The notes beneath the pieces were generated by a model. The model was given only the letters and a program-made list of their open reading frames with translations, was not told the DNA's origin and did not search any database. 52,714 bases of DNA. It comes from Patescibacteria group bacterium. Lineage in GTDB: Bacteria; Patescibacteriota; Minisyncoccia; Phycocordibacterales; UBA9973. The stretch is from contig JAZKBO010000003.1 in assembly GCA_040388575.1 (NCBI GenBank), forward strand, positions 1 through 52,714, read 5' to 3'. The position numbers and the translations under genes were made by a program. Positions 46,458-52,714 of this stretch are shown one piece after another (within the stretch, counting starts at the first letter, position 1; the number at the start of each line of letters is the position of its first letter).

Positions 46458-47330
46458 ATGGATAATATAGAAAACCCAAAGGGTATCCCAAATAACTTAG
46501 AATCTAAAGAATACCTAGAAGGTCTTGTTATCGCTGCCCTAGAAAGAGCCCTGGGGATTCATGACAACTTGGGTGTCTCTGGTGAAGAGACGGTGGAGAA
46601 AAACCAATTTGGGGATACTGCACTGAGGGTAGATGTTGAATGCGAAGAGGCTGTCCTTAATTTTTTAAAAGAAAAAAATTTTCCAATTCGGGTTATATCT
46701 GAAGAGCATGGAACCGTAGATATTTCATCCAATCCTCGCTATTTAGGGATTCTTGATGGCTTAGATGGTTCAGGCGTTTATAAAAAAGAACGTGGTGTGG
46801 GGCGATACGGAACTATGTTCGCTATTTTCAGCAATACCAATCCTGTTTACGGTGACTATGCAACTAGCGGAATTATGGAACACACTAGTAAAAGATTGTT
46901 TTTTGCGACAAAGGGTGGCGGAGCTTTTATTAAGGAAGCTGGCAAAACTGTGCCCATTCATTCTTCAGGAAAAAAGACAGTTGGTGCGGAAACTAGAGCA
47001 GGTATTGATGAATACTTTGAAATAAACAGAAGAGTATTTTCAGAAAAGTTAAAAGGAATACAAACAAACTTCGGCGGGGCGTCTTGTATATATTATGCAG
47101 ATGTAGCCTGTGGAAGAGCTGATTTAGCCCTAGAATGCACTCGTAAAAATAATCTAGAAATTGCTGTTGCATATGGGCTTATATCCGAGGCAGGTGGAGT
47201 GATTGTTGATCTTAGCGGTGAAACTATAGGAGATAAAAAATATCTTGAATTTGGTCAAGAAGATAAGTTGCCCATAGTAACTGCTGCGACTAGGGAACTA
47301 GCTCTAAGCCTTATTTCACACATAAAATAA
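46458..47330 (+). CDS. Inositol monophosphatase/FBPase superfamily protein
   Basis: D...E, SEE.G, LDGLDGS, VA.GRAD, EAGG; the usual WD is LE here. Confidence 0.8.
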   Translation: MDNIENPKGIPNNLESKEYLEGLVIAALERALGIHDNLGVSGEETVEKNQFGDTALRVDVECEEAVLNFLKEKNFPIRVISEEHGTVDISSNPRYLGILDGLDGSGVYKKERGVGRYGTMFAIFSNTNPVYGDYATSGIMEHTSKRLFFATKGGGAFIKEAGKTVPIHSSGKKTVGAETRAGIDEYFEINRRVFSEKLKGIQTNFGGASCIYYADVACGRADLALECTRKNNLEIAVAYGLISEAGGVIVDLSGETIGDKKYLEFGQEDKLPIVTAATRELALSLISHIK

Positions 47331-47368
47331 GGACTTGCTAAATAAAAGTATTGTGCTAAAGTATTGAT

Positions 47369-47438
47369 ACCGCAAAGAAAGCAGGCCAACAAATAAGCCC
47401 TGCCCAGTGGGTCGATTCGGCGGTTTTGCCGTTTTTTT
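47369..47438 (+). promoter_or_regulatory. L10 leader (r-protein autoregulatory RNA) with terminator-like hairpin
   Basis: CCGCAAAGAAAGCAGG...CCTGCCCAGTGG resembles the L10-leader core (AGACAGCAGG/CCTGCCGAGG); followed by CGGCGG-TT-TTGCCG plus T7, directly upstream of rplJ. Confidence 0.7.
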
Positions 47439-47469
47439 ATTGGCAAAACCAAGAAAGTAGACGAAAAAT

Positions 47470-47952
47470 ATGTTACAAAAACCAAGAAAAAATGAAATGA
47501 TGAAGGAGCTAGAGGGAGCTATGAAAGATGCTTCTTCAGTTGTATTCGTTAATTTCCATGGAATGAAAGTATCGGACGAGACTGCACTCCGCCGAGACCT
47601 ACGCAACCAAGGAGTAACTTACAAAGTATTCCGTAAGACTTTGCTCAAGCGCGTACTTACAGGGAAGGCTGAGGGCACCATACCAGAGCTAACAGGTGAG
47701 GTAGCGGTAGCCTTTTCACCAGACGAGACTGCATCCGCTCGTGAAATTTACAATTTCCAAAAGACTCATAAAGATTTACTTAGCATTCTAGGTGGAATCT
47801 TTGCAGGGAAATTTGTAGATGGCGCTTACATGACTGAAATCGCGACAATTCCAAGTAAGGAAGTCTTGCTCGGAAAACTGGCATTCTTGTTCAAGAGTCC
47901 TATGCAGCGTTTTGCTATAGCACTTAGTGAGGTGTCAAAGAAGAAAGCTTAA
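47470..47952 (+). CDS. rplJ: 50S ribosomal protein L10
   Basis: F.G..V.....LR..LR, KV..KTL..R, IA.IPS.E.L. Confidence 0.95.
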   Translation: MLQKPRKNEMMKELEGAMKDASSVVFVNFHGMKVSDETALRRDLRNQGVTYKVFRKTLLKRVLTGKAEGTIPELTGEVAVAFSPDETASAREIYNFQKTHKDLLSILGGIFAGKFVDGAYMTEIATIPSKEVLLGKLAFLFKSPMQRFAIALSEVSKKKA

Positions 47953-47979
47953 ATTATTAATTATTAACTAAATTATAAA

Positions 47980-48348
47980 ATGATAAACAAAGATACATTG
48001 TTAGAATGGTTAGACAAGGCAACAACTCTTGAACTCAATGAAGTTGTAAAGGCAATTGAAGAGAAGTTCGGAGTTTCTGCGGCTGCTATGGCAGCTCCTG
48101 CCGGCGGTGCCGCTGGTGCTCCTGCTGCTGAAGAGAAGGATGCATTTACTGTAGTCCTTGCATCAGCCGGTGAGCAGAAGATAGCTGTTATGAAGATCGT
48201 TAAGGAAGTTCTAGGTCTGGGATTGAAAGAGGCTAAGGACCTCGTAGACGCGGCTCCTTCAACCTTAAAAGATGGCATGAAGAAAGCTGAAGCTGAAGAT
48301 GTTAAGAAGAAAATCGAAGCTGTAGGTGGTAAAGTGGAATTGAAATAA
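47980..48348 (+). CDS. rplL: 50S ribosomal protein L7/L12
   Basis: [33 protein letters not shown]. Confidence 0.97.
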   Translation: MINKDTLLEWLDKATTLELNEVVKAIEEKFGVSAAAMAAPAGGAAGAPAAEEKDAFTVVLASAGEQKIAVMKIVKEVLGLGLKEAKDLVDAAPSTLKDGMKKAEAEDVKKKIEAVGGKVELK

Positions 48349-48365
48349 TATTCTCAAGAGAGTAT

Positions 48366-48405
48366 AGTAAAAGCATCCCGAGCGAAAGCAAAGGATGCTT
48401 TTACT
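48366..48405 (+). terminator. Terminator-like hairpin after rplL
   Basis: 13-bp stem AGTAAAAGCATCC/GGATGCTTTTACT. Confidence 0.65.
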
Positions 48406-48409
48406 TTTT

Positions 48410-50008
48410 ATGAGACAAAAAACAGCTCTAATTTCCGTATATAACAAAGAAGGCATAACTGAATTTGCCAAGGAGCTATCCGATTTAGGTTGGAAGATAA
48501 TTTCTTCCGGCGGTACCGCCAAGCACCTAGCCTCTGCTGGGGTTCCAGTTACGGACGTGGCGGAAATTACCGGTATGCCGGCAATCCTCGGCCACCGAGT
48601 TGTAACTCTGCATCATAAAATTCATGGTGGACTTATGGCTCTCGATACTCCCGAGCATTTAGCGGAAATGGAAAAATATGGAATTCCGTGGATAGACATG
48701 GTTTGTTGTGACTTGTACCCACTGCAAGAGGAAGTACTTAATCCTAATGCCACACGTGAGAGTGTTATAGAAAAAACAGATATTGGTGGCCCCACTATGA
48801 TCCGCTCTGCTCAAAAAGGGCGACGTATCACCATCTGCAATGTTGAGGATAGAGCAAAAGTTATTGAATGGTTAAAAAGTGGCAACGAGAATCAGCAAGA
48901 TAGAGAAGAATTTTTAAATAATTTAGCCGCGAAAGCAGAATTTTATATTGCGCGTTATGTGGCTACCTCTGCCTACTATCATAGCGATGGCAAAGATAAA
49001 AGTATTTTCGGCGAGCAAGTTATCGAAGCTGCCTATGGTGAAAATGCATACCAAAAACCAGCGGGGCTATTTACTAATGCTCATGGCGATATCCTAGGAA
49101 TTCCAAATTGGAAATTAGTAGCCGGCAGCCCACTTTCCTACAACAATATTTGCGATGTAGACCGTATGATCCAGACCATGACCCACATCGGGGCTGGATT
49201 TGAGAAAAATTTCGGCAATATCCCTTCAATAGCTATTGGCGCCAAGCATGGCAATGCCTGTGGCGTAGGAGTAAGCGAGCCCGCAATTGATGCAATAGAT
49301 AAAATGCTACAAGGTGACCTGCGCGCGATTTTCGGCGGCTCGGTTATGCTAAATTTTGAAGTGGATGAAAAACTAGCGGAAGAATTAATACATAGGTATG
49401 CAGGCGAGGGGAGGCGTTTGCTTGATATTGTTGCAGCTCCTGCGTTTTCCACCGAAGCCATTGAAATACTTTCCCGTAAAAAAGGTAAATGTCGACTCTT
49501 AACCAACCCCGCAATTAAAAAAGCTGGGGTAGCATCACTTGATGTCGAGCCCCGCTTCCGTTATGTGCGGGGCGGATTTTTACAACAGCCAAATTATACT
49601 TTTGTACCAGAAATAAATAACAAGGACGTGATTCTGGCCTGGGCGATAGGAGCAACCTCTAACAGTAATACTGTTACTTTGGTAAAAGATGGCCGGCTAG
49701 TGGGCAATGGTGTGGGCCAGCAGGATAGGGTAGGTGCAGCTAAGCTCGCTATCTTTCGTGCCGACGATGCAGCAAAATTTGCAAATCCGAATGTTGAGGA
49801 AGCTAATTTAGCTGATGCTACTGCTTACTCGGACAGCTTCTTTCCATTCCCTGACGCACCGCAAGTACTTATCGATAGGGGAATTAAAACAATTTTTTCA
49901 ACCTCTGGCTCAGTTAATGATGAAAAAATTGTTGAACTTTGTAAATCTAAAGGTGTAAACCTAATAATGCTACCCGACACTGAAGCTCGGGGCTTTTATC
50001 AGCACTAG
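48410..50008 (+). CDS. purH: Bifunctional AICAR transformylase/IMP cyclohydrolase
   Basis: ALISVYNK, SSGGTA, DIGGP..IRSA, YGEN..Q, LSYNN..D, KHGNACG, GQQDRV, SDSFFPF.D. Confidence 0.92.
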   Translation: MRQKTALISVYNKEGITEFAKELSDLGWKIISSGGTAKHLASAGVPVTDVAEITGMPAILGHRVVTLHHKIHGGLMALDTPEHLAEMEKYGIPWIDMVCCDLYPLQEEVLNPNATRESVIEKTDIGGPTMIRSAQKGRRITICNVEDRAKVIEWLKSGNENQQDREEFLNNLAAKAEFYIARYVATSAYYHSDGKDKSIFGEQVIEAAYGENAYQKPAGLFTNAHGDILGIPNWKLVAGSPLSYNNICDVDRMIQTMTHIGAGFEKNFGNIPSIAIGAKHGNACGVGVSEPAIDAIDKMLQGDLRAIFGGSVMLNFEVDEKLAEELIHRYAGEGRRLLDIVAAPAFSTEAIEILSRKKGKCRLLTNPAIKKAGVASLDVEPRFRYVRGGFLQQPNYTFVPEINNKDVILAWAIGATSNSNTVTLVKDGRLVGNGVGQQDRVGAAKLAIFRADDAAKFANPNVEEANLADATAYSDSFFPFPDAPQVLIDRGIKTIFSTSGSVNDEKIVELCKSKGVNLIMLPDTEARGFYQH

Positions 50009-50062
50009 CCCTGTGCAAAACTATCGCTTGCAATATTTTTAGGATGTGGTACAATATACCAT

Positions 50063-50458
50063 ATGAAAAAATACATCATTTTAGGGCTATTAGCACTAAG
50101 CGCGCTGGTTCCAGCTGTTTCTTTTGCTTATGTCCCAGGCTGTCCACCAATGGCTTTATACAACTTCCTAACTGGTGAGCCATGCATCACTACTGCTCCT
50201 TCGACTTCAGTTCCTACAGCAAGTAAAGTTTTAGGCGCTCATACGTATAATTTTACCCTACAGTTAAAGTTTGGAGATACAAACACCGAAGTAACCGAGC
50301 TTCAGAAATATTTACAAAGTCATGGATACAGTGCTGGACCGGTTGATGGAATCTTTGGGCCTACATTAAAGAGGGCAGTAGTAGATTTCCAAACATCTAT
50401 GAATCTTTGGGCAGATGGGATTGTGGGAAGCTCAACTCGCGCGATTCTAAACCAATAA
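50063..50458 (+). CDS. Small secreted peptidoglycan-binding-domain protein
   Basis: Signal peptide, Cys motif, LKFG....V..LQ..L..GY....DGIFG.....AV..FQ....L..DGIVG. Confidence 0.85.
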   Translation: MKKYIILGLLALSALVPAVSFAYVPGCPPMALYNFLTGEPCITTAPSTSVPTASKVLGAHTYNFTLQLKFGDTNTEVTELQKYLQSHGYSAGPVDGIFGPTLKRAVVDFQTSMNLWADGIVGSSTRAILNQ

Positions 50459-50510
50459 AAATCAACTCCGTACGCTTGTCTTTTCCTGAAAAAGGGCTAG
50501 AATAAAGCCT

Positions 50511-51092
50511 ATGCAAATTCTCGGGAAAATATTGGGCAGCGAGGCCAAAGTCAAAATAATGCGCCTTTTTTTGCTCAATAAAAGCAAAGGCTTTAAAGTT
50601 GCGGAAATAGCTAAAAGGAGCAGGGTATCGCCGGAGACTGTCCGCCGGGAACTCAAGCAGCTGGCAGCTGCTAGCTTTGCTAAGAAAAAGTCGGAGGACT
50701 GGCACTTTAACCCAATATTTAAATATAGTAGGGAAATTGAAGATCTACTCATCAATACCGACACCATCGACACGGAAGGTATTGTAAATACCTTCAAAAG
50801 TTCTGGTAAGATCAAATTAGTGCTAGTTTCTGGAATTTTCATGAAAAATAAGGATAGCAGGATAGATCTCTTAGTAGTAGGGGATCAAATGAAGAAGGGT
50901 AAAATAGAGGAATCTATACGCAAGCTAGAAGCTGAGATAGGTGCAGAGCTGGTTTATGCTATTTTTGAAACAAAAGAGTTCCTGTATCGTCTAAATATGT
51001 ACGACAAACTAGTTCGAGATATTTTGGACTTCCCTCATGAGGTACTTATCCAGGGTAAAGAGTTATCCACACAAACCCTCAAAAAAGCCTAG
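50511..51092 (+). CDS. HTH + degenerate nucleotidyltransferase-fold protein (putative regulator)
   Basis: LGS..KVK..RLF, EIAKR......VRREL HTH; IDLLVVGD, LEAEIG.EL.Y. Confidence 0.6.
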   Translation: MQILGKILGSEAKVKIMRLFLLNKSKGFKVAEIAKRSRVSPETVRRELKQLAAASFAKKKSEDWHFNPIFKYSREIEDLLINTDTIDTEGIVNTFKSSGKIKLVLVSGIFMKNKDSRIDLLVVGDQMKKGKIEESIRKLEAEIGAELVYAIFETKEFLYRLNMYDKLVRDILDFPHEVLIQGKELSTQTLKKA

Positions 51093-51173
51093 AAATTGGT
51101 ATAATACTCCCATAGCACTTTATAAGGTCGAAACTTAAAAAGTTATTATTAATTAACCGTTTTTTAATTTACT

Positions 51174-51863
51174 ATGAATAATATTTGGGTCTCATGGGGT
51201 GATGTTTTCAATGCTTCACTTCAGAATTTGTGGTGGGGGTTCGTTCAATTTACTCCTAAGCTCATCGTAGCTATCGTCCTGTTCATAATCGGCTGGGTAC
51301 TAGGCAACTTGGTTGCTAAGGCTTTCGAACAAGTTTTGACCGCCCTTAAGGTGGACAAGCTTTTCCAGTCAATTGGTGCAGACAATATGCTAAGAAAGGC
51401 TGGCATCACCCTTAATTCCGGCTATTTTGTCGGACAATTGGTTAAGTGGTTCGTAATCATTGTTTTCTTACTACCATCACTCTCCCTAGTAGGGCTCAGT
51501 GAAGTAGGGGATTTCCTTCGATTCGACGTACTTGGCTTCTTGCCTAAGGTTATCGTTGCTGCTCTTGTCCTAATCATTGCTGCCATTGTTTCTGACGGTA
51601 TTTCTGCCGCAGTTTCAGCTGGAGCTAAGGGTATGGGCGTATCTTCAGCAAATATGTTTGGCACAGTTGCTAAATATGCTGTTTGGATATTTGCTTTCAT
51701 AATCGCTCTAGGCAAACTTGGCCTTCAGGATTATATGAGCACTCTTTTCACTGGAATAATCGCTATGATATCACTTGCTGGCGCTTTGGCCTTCGGCCTA
51801 GGTGGCAAGGAAGTGGCTGCCCGGTTCCTGAACAAGTTGAGCGATGAAGTTCATCATCACTAA
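51174..51863 (+). CDS. Conserved TM-helix repeat protein (MscS/CmpX-like)
   Basis: Two F.P..I.A repeats, ALAFGLGGKE.A. Confidence 0.8.
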   Translation: MNNIWVSWGDVFNASLQNLWWGFVQFTPKLIVAIVLFIIGWVLGNLVAKAFEQVLTALKVDKLFQSIGADNMLRKAGITLNSGYFVGQLVKWFVIIVFLLPSLSLVGLSEVGDFLRFDVLGFLPKVIVAALVLIIAAIVSDGISAAVSAGAKGMGVSSANMFGTVAKYAVWIFAFIIALGKLGLQDYMSTLFTGIIAMISLAGALAFGLGGKEVAARFLNKLSDEVHHH

Positions 51864-51881
51864 ATAGACTTTTAAGTTTCT

Positions 51882-51914
51882 AGAAAAAGCCCCCTAAAGT
51901 GGGGCTTTTTCTTT
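51882..51914 (+). terminator. Intrinsic terminator
   Basis: AGAAAAAGCCCC-loop-GGGGCTTTTTCT. Confidence 0.85.
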
Positions 51915-51963
51915 GCCTTTTTGTTGTCCCCAGGATATGAACAAAGCCTTGTTTTTAAAGGAT

Positions 51964-51992
51964 TTGACATCTATTTTGCTTTAGTATAGTAT
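51964..51992 (+). promoter_or_regulatory. Promoter of 23S rRNA transcript
   Basis: TTGACA-17-TAGTAT, after an upstream terminator and before the rRNA leader. Confidence 0.7.
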
Positions 51993-52004
51993 GGTTTAAT
52001 CAGT

Positions 52005-52046
52005 ATGATTATTAACAGAAACAAGCAAAAAAGGCGGCTACCTTAG
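52005..52046 (+). CDS. Putative leader peptide MIINRNKQKRRLP
   Basis: 13-codon ORF just after the predicted TSS; its last codons overlap the 5' arm of an antiterminator. Confidence 0.4.
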   Translation: MIINRNKQKRRLP

Positions 52047-52067
52047 CAGACTTTCTTTTGTCTGTAG

Positions 52068-52090
52068 GCCGCCCGAAAGGCGGTTTTTTT
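52068..52090 (+). terminator. Conditional terminator in the 23S leader
   Basis: GCCGCC-CGAAA-GGCGGT + T6; its 5' arm can instead pair with GGCGGCT at 52033-52039. Confidence 0.65.
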
Positions 52091-52255
52091 GTTGAAAATC
52101 ATACTACGTAATTTGAAAACTTAAATCTGTCGGGCATTATAGAGAGGGTCTTTTCCGCCCAGACAGGAGTAAGCTTGGTAAGTATTTGAGTCTCCAGCGG
52201 TGGGGATATAGTATTTATTGAGCTTTGTTTTGTGAATGTGGTTTTCAAATTTCTT

Positions 52256-52714
52256 AACAGGAAATTTAAGGGCGTACGGTGGATGCCTAGACTAAAAGTG
52301 GCGATGAAGGACGTAGCATAGCTGCGATAAGCTTCGGGGAGGTGTGTAGCAACCTTTGATCCGAAGATTTCCGAATGGGGAAACCCTGTTGAGTAAACCT
52401 CAACAATCTTTTACGCAAGTAAAAGGAGCATACCCTGGGAAGTGAAACATCTCAGTACCAGGAGGAATAGAAACAAATATGTATTTCCTAAGTAGCGGCG
52501 AGCGAAAAGGAAGAAGCCCAAACCGAAGTAGCAATACTTCGGGGTTGTAAGGTAACAATGTTTATTTAATTAGAGAGGAGTCAAAAAACAAATTATTAGC
52601 TTAAGTTGCTGGAAAGCAGCACCATAGAAGGTGATAGTCCCGTGAGCGAAAATAATTTGTCTCTTTTATTGTTATTCTTGAGTACCCCAGGACATGAATG
52701 GCCGGGGGGAATCC
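52256..52714 (+). rRNA. rrl: 23S rRNA, 5' portion (runs off the window; start approximate)
   Basis: TAAGGGCGTACGGTGGATGCCT, GCGATGAAGGACGT, TTTCCGAATGGGGAAACC, GAAGTGAAACATCTCAGTA, AGTAGCGGCGAGCGAA conserved 23S blocks. Confidence 0.97.

Noticed and set aside
52121-52240. 5S rRNA or tRNA in the 23S leader (about 120 nt with faint 5S-like words)
   Set aside because: It lacks the conserved CCGAAC loop and terminal helix I of 5S, and has no cloverleaf or TTCGA T-loop.

Overview
AT-rich, gene-dense chromosomal segment. The gene content and style fit a Patescibacteria/CPR (Parcubacteria-like) genome; this is inference from the alpha2-type GlyRS, IleRS2, peptidoglycan-binding S-layer-like proteins, scarce SD sites and a stand-alone 23S gene. 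TGA is used as stop (code 11). In order, the window holds: the 3' half of a T-box in front of ileS (with an inserted histidine-phosphatase domain); five small hydrolase/flavin genes; recO, glyQS, an M16 peptidase, an AI-2E transporter, metG, tatD, rpsF-ssb-rpsR and efp; two GC-rich TraR/DksA-like genes; recA and ftsK; a winged-helix gene filled with a repeated 9-mer; an S-layer-like gene with a long structured leader; ahcY-ATPase-metK; an approximately 15 kb surface-glycan cluster with a complete GDP-heptose pathway; an M15 peptidase, an IMPase-like gene, L10 leader-rplJ-rplL and purH; and the 5' end of a 23S rRNA gene with no 16S gene directly upstream. The two best candidates for undescribed systems are (1) the wHTH gene next to ftsK, whose promoter and coding sequence carry about 17 copies of TAWNRGACA in both orientations (a possible self-bound iteron/centromere-like array), and (2) a 13-codon leader peptide with an antiterminator/terminator pair directly upstream of the 23S gene (possible ribosome-sensing attenuation of rRNA synthesis). 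All motif counts and pairings were done by eye; no database searches were run.
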